Positions 18,617 through 27,663 of a stretch of DNA of 64,000 bases are shown piece by piece (within the stretch, counting starts at the first letter, position 1; each line of letters opens with the position of its first letter). A model generated the notes under the pieces. The model made no database searches. It saw only the letters and a program-made list of their open reading frames with translations, and was not told the origin of the DNA. The stretch comes from Clostridia bacterium (lineage in GTDB: Bacteria; Bacillota; Clostridia; Christensenellales; Aristaeellaceae): assembly GCA_017397895.1 (NCBI GenBank), contig JAFQHP010000032.1, positions 95,785-159,784 of the forward strand, given 5' to 3'. The position numbers were made by a program, and so were the translations under genes.

Positions 18617-19320
18617 GCTGTCACCTCCGCAATCAGGAGGGTCACATTATCCCGGCCGCCTTTTTCCAATGCTGTTTCCAGCATTACATCTGCAGCATGG
18701 TCCGCAGGGGAAAACTGCAAAAGCTTCAGCATATCCTCTTCCGTCACATATTCATACAGGCCGTCGGAGCAGATCAGGTATTTGTCGCCCCGTTCTTTAT
18801 CCAGTATCACCACATCAGGTTCCACCGTTTCAGCTGTGCCCACTGCCTTGGTGATCACATTGCGGTAGGGATGGTTCATGGCCTGTTCCTTGGTGAGGAT
18901 GCCATCCCGCACCATTTCGCCTACCATGGAATGATCCCGGCTCACCTGCTCAATCTTTCCCTGGCGGATGCGATAGGCCCTGCTGTCCCCCACATGGCCC
19001 AGCAGTATCCGGTCATCATCTTCCCAGATGACTGTGAGCGTAGTGCCCATACCGCTGAGCAATTCGTTTTTCAACTGTTCCTGATAAATCAGCTGGTTGA
19101 TTTCTTCAATGCCGCCAAGGAGCAGCGCTTCGTCAGGCTTTGCCCCTTCCAGCACCCGGCCCAGCATGAGCACTGCCATCTGGCTGGCAATATCGCCGCC
19201 GTTATGGCCGCCCATACCGTCGGCTACGCCAACCAGACTGTATTTTCCTTCCTGAACAAGAAAAGAATCCTGATTGGAGGGGCGCACATTGCCGATATGC
19301 GTTCTTGCAGTGATCTTCAT
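18613..19320 (-). CDS. prpC: PP2C-family Ser/Thr phosphatase
   Basis: Motifs are RPSNQDS, ADGMGGHNGG and CSDGL. The start at MKITART (19320) follows GGAGGAAGG. The track ORF over-extends into rlmN. Confidence 0.9.
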   Translation of the reverse strand: MKITARTHIGNVRPSNQDSFLVQEGKYSLVGVADGMGGHNGGDIASQMAVLMLGRVLEGAKPDEALLLGGIEEINQLIYQEQLKNELLSGMGTTLTVIWEDDDRILLGHVGDSRAYRIRQGKIEQVSRDHSMVGEMVRDGILTKEQAMNHPYRNVITKAVGTAETVEPDVVILDKERGDKYLICSDGLYEYVTEEDMLKLLQFSPADHAADVMLETALEKGGRDNVTLLIAEVTA

Positions 19321-20351
19321 GCCTTTCCTTCCTCCAATACTTTTTTTCTCAATTGTCCGCAGGCACCTTCGATATCGTCCCCCATTTCCCGGCGCCGGGT
19401 GGCAGAAATGTGCCGCTTTTCCAATACATCCAGGAAGGCCTGCACCTGACGGTTGCTGACGCCCTGCAGGTTGCGCTCCTTGACGGTATTGAGAGGGATC
19501 AGGTTTACATGGCACTGCATGCCCCGCAAAAGGTCTGCCAGCTCGTGAGCCTGCTTTTCATCTGCGTTCACGCCGTCAATCAACGCATATTCAAACACAA
19601 TCCGCCGCCCCGTCTTTTCCAGATAATACTTGCAGGCATCAATGGTTTCGTGGATATGATAGCGCCTGGCAATGGGCATAATTTTTTTTCGAATTTCGTC
19701 ATTGGGTGCATGTAATGAAAGAGACAGGGTAACCGGCAGGTTCTCATCTGCAAACCGGCGAATCTGATCAATCAGGCCGCAGGTGGAGAGGGAAATATGC
19801 CGCAGGCTGATATTCAGCCCTTCGGGATGGGACACAAGCTTCAGAAAGCGGATCACATTTTCGTAATTATCAAAGGGTTCGCCGCTGCCCATCAGCACAA
19901 TATTATGCACCTTTTCACCATCCAGAGTGCTGTTTGCGCACATCACCTGGCCCAGTATTTCCGCAGCGGTCAGATTCCGCACACAGCCGTCCAGGGTGCT
20001 GGCGCAAAACAAACAGCCCATCCGGCAGCCCACCTGTGTGGACACGCACAGCGTGCAGCCGTAATGATAGCGCATCAATACGCCTTCAATGCAGTTGCCG
20101 TCCTTCAAAGAAAACAAAAACTTCTTGGTGCCATCCAGTTTGGATTCGTGCACACTCTGAATGCTGACAGGCTGATCGTTGCCTTCATTTTTCAGTTTTT
20201 CACGCAAAGCAAGGGAAAGGTTGCTCATTTCATCGAATGTACAACCCTTATGCAGCCAGGAGAACACTTGCTTGGCACGAAATGCCTTTTCCCCCATATG
20301 CTCCATCACCTGTTTCATTTCTTCCGGAAACAGCCCCAGAAATTCTGTCAT
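19317..20351 (-). CDS. rlmN: 23S rRNA/tRNA (adenine-C2)-methyltransferase, radical SAM
   Basis: It has the CRMGCLFC radical-SAM triad and the MGSGEP motif. Confidence 0.93.
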   Translation of the reverse strand: MTEFLGLFPEEMKQVMEHMGEKAFRAKQVFSWLHKGCTFDEMSNLSLALREKLKNEGNDQPVSIQSVHESKLDGTKKFLFSLKDGNCIEGVLMRYHYGCTLCVSTQVGCRMGCLFCASTLDGCVRNLTAAEILGQVMCANSTLDGEKVHNIVLMGSGEPFDNYENVIRFLKLVSHPEGLNISLRHISLSTCGLIDQIRRFADENLPVTLSLSLHAPNDEIRKKIMPIARRYHIHETIDACKYYLEKTGRRIVFEYALIDGVNADEKQAHELADLLRGMQCHVNLIPLNTVKERNLQGVSNRQVQAFLDVLEKRHISATRRREMGDDIEGACGQLRKKVLEEGKA

Positions 20352-20352
20352 C

Positions 20353-21915
20353 TTACTTCACCCTGCGCATTTTTGCAATAAAGAAACCTTCAATTTCATC
20401 CCGGTGCGGCAGCAGCTGCAGGCCGTATTCGCCATACTGCGCCCGGATCTTTTCGGGAACGGATATCGGCAGCGGCGCCAGCCTGAATTCGGGATGTCGG
20501 GAAAGGAAGCCCTTCACCTGCTGCTCGTTTTCCTCCGGCAGCATGCTGCAGGTGGAGTACACCATATAGCCGCCCCGCTTTACATACTGGCAGCAGGTAT
20601 CCATCAGCTTTTCCTGGATGCCTGTCAGTTCCTTTACGGATTCCTCGCTGGCCCGGTATTTGATGTCCGGTTTATTGTCCATCACACCCAGACCGGAACA
20701 GGGCGCATCCAGCATCACTGCATCCATGGTGGATACCAGATCATCCTTCAGCTGGGTGGCATCCCGCACCACCGGGCGAACGTTGTCCAGCTTCAATCGC
20801 TTTGCCATAGCCCGAAGCAGCGTGACACGGTGTTCATGCAAATCCCAGGCATACACACGGCCGGTGCCGTTCATCATTTCAGCCATGTAGGCCGTCTTGC
20901 CGCCGGGAGCAGCGCAGCAATCCAGCACTTGCATGCCAGGCTTCACGTCCATCACCTGGGCGGACAGCATACTGCTTTCCCCCTGAATGGAGAAATTACC
21001 GGCAAGGTAATCGGCGTCCCGGGCAATTTCGCTGGCCATACGCACTCGATACGCATGGGCCACCAGGCCCTTTTCCTTTTCCCACACTTTCTTTTCCAGA
21101 AGCTTTTCAAATGCCGCATCGTCCATCCGGGAAAGGTTGGGCCGCACAACGGTATAGTGGGCTTCGCTGCGGTAGGAGCAAATTTTCAATGCTTCCTGCT
21201 CGCCGTAGGCAGCAACCAGCTTTTCCGCCAGCCACATGGGCACGGAGAACATGATGGACAGGTACCTGGCACCTTCCTCCGGCTTGGGCCATTTCACCCG
21301 TTCAGGCTCACGCACCATGGACCGCAGCACCGCGTTGGTCACCCCGGTCAGCCCTTCCAGGCCTAGCATACGGGTTAATTTTACCGCCTCATCCACAATG
21401 GCATTGGCAGGAATGCGGTCGTGGAAAAGCAGCTGACAGGCACTGATGCGCAGAATATCCTTCACCTGGTCTTCCAGCTTGTTTTCATCCTTCAGGTAAA
21501 AGCTGAGCGCATAGTCAATGCGGATCAGGTTTTCAATGGTACGGTATACAATGCTGGCGCAAAAACGTTTGTCCAGCTGGGTGAGGTTGGAGTTCTTCAT
21601 CTGATCGTCCAGAGACAGGGCGGCATAAGCATCATTGCGCACCACGTCCCTGAAAATCTGCAGCGCCACCTTCCGGGCATTGGTGGTTGGCATTTCTTCC
21701 CTGGGCTTATCATTTACAGGCCGGGCAGCAGGCTTTTTGTCACCAAAGGCAGGCTTTGCAGGGCGGCTTTTATTGAAGCCTTCCTTGCGGAAGCCGTCTT
21801 TTTTATCGCCGCCACGCTTGAAGCCGTCTTGCTTTTTAAAGCCATCCCGGCTGCGGTTTTCAAAGGGCTTTTTATAATTCTTATCTTTCTGCCCGAAGGA
21901 CTTCTTTTCACTCAT
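20353..21915 (-). CDS. rsmB: 16S rRNA (cytosine967-C5)-methyltransferase with basic N-terminal extension
   Basis: It has a NusB-like domain and the motifs DCCAAPGGKT, DAPCSGLG and YSTCS. The first 78 aa or so are Lys/Arg/Gly-rich. Confidence 0.9.
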   Translation of the reverse strand: MSEKKSFGQKDKNYKKPFENRSRDGFKKQDGFKRGGDKKDGFRKEGFNKSRPAKPAFGDKKPAARPVNDKPREEMPTTNARKVALQIFRDVVRNDAYAALSLDDQMKNSNLTQLDKRFCASIVYRTIENLIRIDYALSFYLKDENKLEDQVKDILRISACQLLFHDRIPANAIVDEAVKLTRMLGLEGLTGVTNAVLRSMVREPERVKWPKPEEGARYLSIMFSVPMWLAEKLVAAYGEQEALKICSYRSEAHYTVVRPNLSRMDDAAFEKLLEKKVWEKEKGLVAHAYRVRMASEIARDADYLAGNFSIQGESSMLSAQVMDVKPGMQVLDCCAAPGGKTAYMAEMMNGTGRVYAWDLHEHRVTLLRAMAKRLKLDNVRPVVRDATQLKDDLVSTMDAVMLDAPCSGLGVMDNKPDIKYRASEESVKELTGIQEKLMDTCCQYVKRGGYMVYSTCSMLPEENEQQVKGFLSRHPEFRLAPLPISVPEKIRAQYGEYGLQLLPHRDEIEGFFIAKMRRVK

Positions 21916-22856
21916 TGTTCTTTTTCCTCATTCTTATCGCAGGCCTTTGCCGCCATGGGATGGCCACGAAGATAATCAGCTGCCCTCATTCGTTTCCCGC
22001 CCTGTGCCTGTAATTCCAGCACCCGAATGGCGTTCTGCCCAGCCTTGATCAGAAGGCCCTTCTTACCGTCCGCCTCCAGGATATCGCCGGGCTGCCCTTC
22101 TGCCGCTTCTTCTTCCAGCGCTGTCCACACCTTCAGCATTTCGCCGCCGATAAAGGTGTAGGTGCCCGGCCAGGGAGACAGGCCGCGGATGCGGCAGCAG
22201 ATCTCTTTTGCGCTCAGTTGCCAGTCAATCAGGCCCATTTCCTTTTTCAGCATGGGATAATAGCTCATCTTTTCATGATCCTGAGGTTTGCGGGGACATT
22301 GGCCCTTTTCCAGCAGGCGGATGGTTTCCACAAGGAGCTCCGCCCCAACATCCGCCAGACGAATGGTCAATTCCCCTGCCGTTTCCTGAGGCAGAATTTC
22401 CACTTCCCTTTGCAGTAGAATATCCCCGGTATCCATGCCCTTATCGGTCATCATGGTGGTGACTCCGGTGATGTTTTCGCCGCAGATGATGGCCCAGTTG
22501 ATGGGAGAAGACCCACGGTACTTGGGAAGCAGGGAGGAATGTACGTTCACCGTGCCAATCCGGGGGATATCCAGGATTTCCTGAGAGAGAATTTGCCCGA
22601 ACGCTGCCGTGACGCACAGATCCGGCGCAAGCGCTTTTAAATCTTCCACGCTTTCCAGGCGGATTTTCACCGGCTGGTATACCGGAATATCATGGGCCAT
22701 GGCGCATACCTTTACCGGGCAGCATTCCATTTTCTTGCCCCGTCCTTTGGGCCTGTCAGGTTGGGTAAAAACACCCACCACATCATGCCCCTCCCGGATC
22801 AGCGCTTCAAGAGAAGGAACGCCGAACTCCGGTGTGCCAAGAAATACGATGCGCAA
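21912..22856 (-). CDS. fmt: methionyl-tRNA formyltransferase
   Basis: Motifs are MRIVFLGTPEFGVPSL and HSSLLPKYRG. Confidence 0.94.
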   Translation of the reverse strand: MRIVFLGTPEFGVPSLEALIREGHDVVGVFTQPDRPKGRGKKMECCPVKVCAMAHDIPVYQPVKIRLESVEDLKALAPDLCVTAAFGQILSQEILDIPRIGTVNVHSSLLPKYRGSSPINWAIICGENITGVTTMMTDKGMDTGDILLQREVEILPQETAGELTIRLADVGAELLVETIRLLEKGQCPRKPQDHEKMSYYPMLKKEMGLIDWQLSAKEICCRIRGLSPWPGTYTFIGGEMLKVWTALEEEAAEGQPGDILEADGKKGLLIKAGQNAIRVLELQAQGGKRMRAADYLRGHPMAAKACDKNEEKEQ

Positions 22857-22859
22857 CGC

Positions 22860-23327
22860 TTACTCCTCCTCTTCCTGATCGGGGAAAATTTCGTGGTCCA
22901 TAATATCCACATACACACGCCCGGAAAGATGATCAATCTCGTGGCAAAGGGCACGGGCCATCAGCCCTTCCCCGGTGATTTCAAAGGGCTTGCCCTTCCG
23001 GTCCAGGGCGCGGACAGTCACCTTATTGGGCCGGCGCACAAAGCCCTGCCTGCCGGGCACACTGAGGCATCCTTCAGGGCCTGCCTGTTCCCCCTCTTCA
23101 GCGATGATTTCCGGATTGATCAATTCCACCAGCCCTTCGCCGATATCAATGACCACCACCCGCCGCAAAATGCCCACCTGGGGCGCAGCCAGGCCCACGC
23201 CGTCTGCGTCGTACATAGTTTCCGCCATGTCCCGCAGCAGCAGCCACAGCCGCAGGTCAAATTTCTGCATGGGCTTGCTTTCTTTTCTCAAGGTTTCATT
23301 GCCAAGGGTGATGATTTTCCTGATCAT
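22860..23327 (-). CDS. def: peptide deformylase
   Basis: Motifs are [15 protein letters not shown] and HEIDH. The start at ATG 23327 follows GGAGGAAAG. Confidence 0.93.
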   Translation of the reverse strand: MIRKIITLGNETLRKESKPMQKFDLRLWLLLRDMAETMYDADGVGLAAPQVGILRRVVVIDIGEGLVELINPEIIAEEGEQAGPEGCLSVPGRQGFVRRPNKVTVRALDRKGKPFEITGEGLMARALCHEIDHLSGRVYVDIMDHEIFPDQEEEE

Positions 23328-23345
23328 GTTTCTTTCCTCCAAATA

Positions 23346-25568
23346 TCATGCAAGGGAAGCGGGATTGATTTCCAATACCACATGGGCAGCATATTCTTCC
23401 TTTGCCATTTCCTGCATTGCTGCAATCAGTTGATCGGTATCCGGGTGATTGAGAAGCTTCATCAGCACCTGAGAGCGGCACCGGTCCTGAATTTTACTGA
23501 TAGGTGCTTCATCTGCCCGCAGGTACAAGATCCTGCGCCACAGGGGCGTATTGCCAAAGCGCAGCGTAATCTCGTTTCTTATTTTTTCCGCCGTTTCAAT
23601 GGCGTCGTCCATATCCCTGGCGTCGCAGAGGAAACGCACCATCATGGTAAACGGCGGGTAAAGGGACTTTTTCCGCCTTTCAAACTCCTGGGCAAAAAAA
23701 GCACGGTAATCCTGCCTTACAGCGGCTTCCAGTGCGTAATGATCGGGCTGGTAGGTCTGGATCACCACTTCCCCGGGCTTTTCACCCCTGCCGGCACGCC
23801 CTGCCACCTGCACCAATAGCTGGAAGGTTCTTTCCGCTGCCCGGTAGTCCGGAAAGTTCAACGACATATCCGCCATCACAGCACCAACCAGTGTCACCTG
23901 AGGAAAATCCAGCCCCTTGGCAATCATCTGAGTGCCCAGCAGAATCTGTGCTTTCCCAGCCCTGAACTGGTTTACCAGTTCAAAATGAGCATTCTTTCCG
24001 GTGGTGGTATCCATATCCATGCGAATGATCCCCACACCGGGGTACATTTTCTTCAGTTCTTCCTCCACTTTCTGGGTGCCGGTGCCCATGGGCTTGATAT
24101 AGGGGCTGGCGCAGGAGGGGCAGGCTTTGGGCAGGGGATGGATTTCACCACAGTAATGGCAGCGCAGGGTTTTATCGATGCTGTGGTAGGTCATGCTCAC
24201 GTCACAGCGCTGACAGCGGATGGTTTCGCCGCACTTGCGGCAATTGACGGAAGATGCATACCCACGGCGGTTTATGAACAGCATGGCCTGCTGGCCGGTA
24301 GCAATGCAGGTATCCAGCTTTTCCTTCAGCGCCTTGGAAAACATACTTTTGTTTCCCAGCCGCAGTTCCTGCCGCATATCCACCATTTGAACAGATGGCA
24401 GCGGTCGGTTCAGGATGCGATGGGGCATTTCCAGCAGGGTGTAGTCGCCCCGCCTGGCCATGGCATAGGAATAGATGCTGGGGGTGGCGCTGGCCAATAC
24501 ACACACCGCCCCCTCCCGATGGCAGCGGGATATGGCGATGTCCCGGGCGTCATACTGGGGGAAGCTTTGGGATTGATAGCTTTGCTCATGTTCTTCATCC
24601 ACAATGATCACGCCCAGGTTTTCCACCGGCGCAAATATTGCGGACCGGGCGCCGATCACAATTCTGGCATTGCCAAAGCGAATGCGCCGCCATTCGTCAA
24701 ACCTTTCCCCGGCAGAAAGCCGGGAATGCAGCACGGCCATATTCTCCCCGAACCGGGATTTGAACCAGTTGATCATCTGGGGCGTCAGCACAATTTCCGG
24801 AACCAATATGATGGCGCCCTTCCCCTTTTTCACTGCTTCCCGCACTAGGCGGATGTACACTTCCGTTTTACCGGAGCCTGTTACACCATGAAGCAAAAAG
24901 GGCTTGTGTCCCCTTGAAAGCCAGGGGATCATTTCGGACAGCACTTCTTCCTGTTCCGCAGTCAGCTGCCTGTCCTGATTTTCATCCACTTTTCCCAAGT
25001 AAGGCGAGCGCAGCTTTTCCATCACAACAAAGGAAACCATCTCTTTTTCCTTCATTTGCAACAGAATAGGCCGCACATCCTTGACCATGGCGCGCATTTC
25101 TTCTAGGGAATGCATCTCGCCGTCGGAAAGCAGCGTCAGGATCAGTTTGCGCTTTTTGGAGCGGGTTTCCTTGGCAATGGCTTCGTCAACCTGATCCAAA
25201 GGAATGGCAAGGCGAACATATTCCTCTGTCTTCACCTTCACCCGGTTTCCCCGCATTTCTGCAGGCAGCATCAGGCGGATGGCCTCACACAAAGGGCAGT
25301 GATATTTTTCTCTGATTTCATTGGCCAAATCCATCAATTGCGGCAGCAGCACCGGGTAAGTATCCGGTGCTGTCAGAATGGGCTTTATTTTCTGGGGATC
25401 ATAATCCGCTTCTTTCTTCAGCCGGATAACAAACCCATCCTTTTTCATTCTGCCAAAGGGGACGGTGACCCGCATGCCGGGCACCAGCTCCATTCCGTCT
25501 GGAATGGCATAGGTAAATACACGGTCCACCGCTTCAGCTGCAATATCCACGATGATTTCCGCGTACAC
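23346..25568 (-). CDS. priA: primosomal protein N' (replication restart helicase)
   Basis: It has Walker A GVTGSGKTEV, the DEEH box and the Cys-rich insert CRKCGETIRCQRC...CHYCG...CPSC. Confidence 0.94.
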   Translation of the reverse strand: MYAEIIVDIAAEAVDRVFTYAIPDGMELVPGMRVTVPFGRMKKDGFVIRLKKEADYDPQKIKPILTAPDTYPVLLPQLMDLANEIREKYHCPLCEAIRLMLPAEMRGNRVKVKTEEYVRLAIPLDQVDEAIAKETRSKKRKLILTLLSDGEMHSLEEMRAMVKDVRPILLQMKEKEMVSFVVMEKLRSPYLGKVDENQDRQLTAEQEEVLSEMIPWLSRGHKPFLLHGVTGSGKTEVYIRLVREAVKKGKGAIILVPEIVLTPQMINWFKSRFGENMAVLHSRLSAGERFDEWRRIRFGNARIVIGARSAIFAPVENLGVIIVDEEHEQSYQSQSFPQYDARDIAISRCHREGAVCVLASATPSIYSYAMARRGDYTLLEMPHRILNRPLPSVQMVDMRQELRLGNKSMFSKALKEKLDTCIATGQQAMLFINRRGYASSVNCRKCGETIRCQRCDVSMTYHSIDKTLRCHYCGEIHPLPKACPSCASPYIKPMGTGTQKVEEELKKMYPGVGIIRMDMDTTTGKNAHFELVNQFRAGKAQILLGTQMIAKGLDFPQVTLVGAVMADMSLNFPDYRAAERTFQLLVQVAGRAGRGEKPGEVVIQTYQPDHYALEAAVRQDYRAFFAQEFERRKKSLYPPFTMMVRFLCDARDMDDAIETAEKIRNEITLRFGNTPLWRRILYLRADEAPISKIQDRCRSQVLMKLLNHPDTDQLIAAMQEMAKEEYAAHVVLEINPASLA

Positions 25569-25580
25569 CCTGTCCCCTCC

Positions 25581-26786
25581 TTATTTTTTACGATACAGTT
25601 TCATGGCACGGTCCAGCAGCATCTGGGCCACGTCAGCCTTGGAAAGCTGGGGCATATCCTCCATACCGTCCGCCGTGATGAAGGTGACGATATTGGTATC
25701 CACATTGAAGCCTGCGCCGGGCCGGGTAACGTCATTGGCCACGATCATATCCAGGTTCTTTTTTGCCAGCTTGCCCTTGGCATGCTCCGTCACCTTTTCT
25801 GTTTCGGCAGCAAAGCCCACCAGCACCTGGCCCTTTTGCTTGCGCTTCCCTACGGCCTTTGCCACGTCCTGGGTTTCCTTCAGCTGCAGTATCATGCCGC
25901 CGCTTTCGTCTTTCTTGATCTTTTCTTCGGCAAAGGCAACCGGCGTGAAATCGGCAGGGGCAGCCGCCTGAATGATGATCTGCTGCTGATCGCAGCGCTC
26001 CATCATCCTTTCGTACAAATCCTGGGTGGAAAGCACGTCCACCACTTCCACGCCCGCCGGGGCTTTCAATTGCACCGGGCCGGAAAGCAGTGTCACACGG
26101 GCACCACGCTTTTGCGCAGCCTCGGCAATGGCATAGCCCATCTTGCCGCTGGAATGGTTGGTAATGTAACGGACAGGATCCAGCGCTTCCCGGGTGGGGC
26201 CGGCAGTTACCAGTACATTCAGCCCTTCCATATCCTGCACCGGACACAAAATGCCGCAGATGGCGTCGAAAATGGCTTCCGGCTCGCTCATGCGTCCGGC
26301 ACCGCTATCCCCGCAGGCCAGATATCCGCCTTCTGGGCCCACAAAATGCACACCGCGCTTTTTGAGGGTTTGCACATTTTCCTGGGTAGCCGCACTTTCC
26401 CACATGCCGGTGTTCATGGCAGGAGCCACCAGCACCGGTGCCTTGGTGGCCAACACCGTGGTGGACAGCATATCGTCCGCAATGCCGCATGCCATTTTGG
26501 CCATGATATTGGCCGTAGCCGGCGCAATCACGAAGATGTCCGCCTTCTTGGCCAGAGCCACATGCTCCACTTCCCAGGTTTCAGGCCGGGCGAAGGTATC
26601 CGTCACCACAGGATGATTGGTGAGGGTTTCAAAGGAAAGCGGCGCAACAAATTCGCATGCGTTTTTTGTCATGATGACATGAGCCTCCGCCCCCGCTTTG
26701 CGCAGACGGGAAGCCAGTTCGCATGCCTTATAAGCCGCAATACCGCCGGTGACGCCAAGCACCACCGTTTTTCCTGTCAGTTTCAT
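25581..26786 (-). CDS. coaBC: bifunctional phosphopantothenoylcysteine decarboxylase / phosphopantothenate-cysteine ligase
   Basis: It has an N-terminal flavoprotein domain (TGGIAAYK) and a C-terminal DFP domain (SSGKMG). Confidence 0.94.
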   Translation of the reverse strand: MKLTGKTVVLGVTGGIAAYKACELASRLRKAGAEAHVIMTKNACEFVAPLSFETLTNHPVVTDTFARPETWEVEHVALAKKADIFVIAPATANIMAKMACGIADDMLSTTVLATKAPVLVAPAMNTGMWESAATQENVQTLKKRGVHFVGPEGGYLACGDSGAGRMSEPEAIFDAICGILCPVQDMEGLNVLVTAGPTREALDPVRYITNHSSGKMGYAIAEAAQKRGARVTLLSGPVQLKAPAGVEVVDVLSTQDLYERMMERCDQQQIIIQAAAPADFTPVAFAEEKIKKDESGGMILQLKETQDVAKAVGKRKQKGQVLVGFAAETEKVTEHAKGKLAKKNLDMIVANDVTRPGAGFNVDTNIVTFITADGMEDMPQLSKADVAQMLLDRAMKLYRKK

Positions 26787-26789
26787 TCT

Positions 26790-27005
26790 TTACGCCTCTT
26801 CGTCTTCCAGATTGCGATGATAGGTCAGCAATCCGCGGTCAATTTCTTCCACAGCGATGGACACGGGCTTCTTGTCCTTGGGATCGATCAGGGGTTGAGC
26901 GCCGCTGACCAGTTCACGGGCACGCTTGGCAGATTCCACCACCAGGGTATAGCGGCAGTCCACCTTCTTGCACAGATCATCAATAGCAGGCTTGTTTACA
27001 GACAT
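26790..27005 (-). CDS. rpoZ: RNA polymerase omega subunit
   Basis: 71 aa with RYTLVVESAKRARELV. It lies between gmk and coaBC. Confidence 0.88.
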   Translation of the reverse strand: MSVNKPAIDDLCKKVDCRYTLVVESAKRARELVSGAQPLIDPKDKKPVSIAVEEIDRGLLTYHRNLEDEEA

Positions 27006-27023
27006 GGGGTTCTTCCTCCTTTA

Positions 27024-27623
27024 TCATTCAACCACGGGGAAATACCGGGTTGTACGCTGTTTTTCGGCGGCCACAATAGCAGCCACCTGATTGTAAGCTG
27101 TTTCCAGCTCGTCGTTTACCACCGCATACTTGTACAGGTTCACCTGATCAATTTCACCCTTGGCGTTGCCAAGCCGGCGTTCAATTTCCACAGGATCGTC
27201 GGTATTGCGGGTATAGAGACGCTTGCGCAGCTCCGAATAGGAAGGGGGCAGAATGAAGACGGAAACGCAGTCAGGCTGCTGCTTCACCACTTCCCTGGCA
27301 CCCTGGGGGTCAATATCCAGCACAACGCTCTTGCCGCTGTCCATAATCTTCTGCACCTGGGATTTCAGGGTGCCGTAGCGGTTGTTATGGACGGTGGCAT
27401 GTTCCAGGAAAGCATCCTCTTCCAGCAGCTTGTCATACTCTTCATTGGTGATGAAGAAGTAATCCACGCCATCCACTTCCCCTTCCCGGGGGCCGCGGGT
27501 TGTGACGCTGACGGAAAAAGACAGGCTGTCGTCATTTTGCAGCAGTTTCTTGAAGATGGTGCCCTTGCCGGCGCCGGAAGGGCCAGAGATCACCAGCAGC
27601 ATTCCCTTGCGTGTTTCCTTCAT
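27024..27623 (-). CDS. gmk: guanylate kinase
   Basis: It has the P-loop GPSGAGKGT and TTRGPREGE. Confidence 0.94.
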   Translation of the reverse strand: MKETRKGMLLVISGPSGAGKGTIFKKLLQNDDSLSFSVSVTTRGPREGEVDGVDYFFITNEEYDKLLEEDAFLEHATVHNNRYGTLKSQVQKIMDSGKSVVLDIDPQGAREVVKQQPDCVSVFILPPSYSELRKRLYTRNTDDPVEIERRLGNAKGEIDQVNLYKYAVVNDELETAYNQVAAIVAAEKQRTTRYFPVVE

Positions 27624-27663
27624 GTTTCCCTCTCCTTTGTGTTTTCTTTATGTCAAAGGTATT

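Noticed and set aside
19321-19515. A 65-codon N-terminal extension of the PP2C phosphatase ORF.
   Set aside because: It overlaps the 3' end of rlmN in another frame. The MKITARTHIGN start at 19320 has a GGAGGAAGG RBS and gives the usual ATGA coupling with rlmN.
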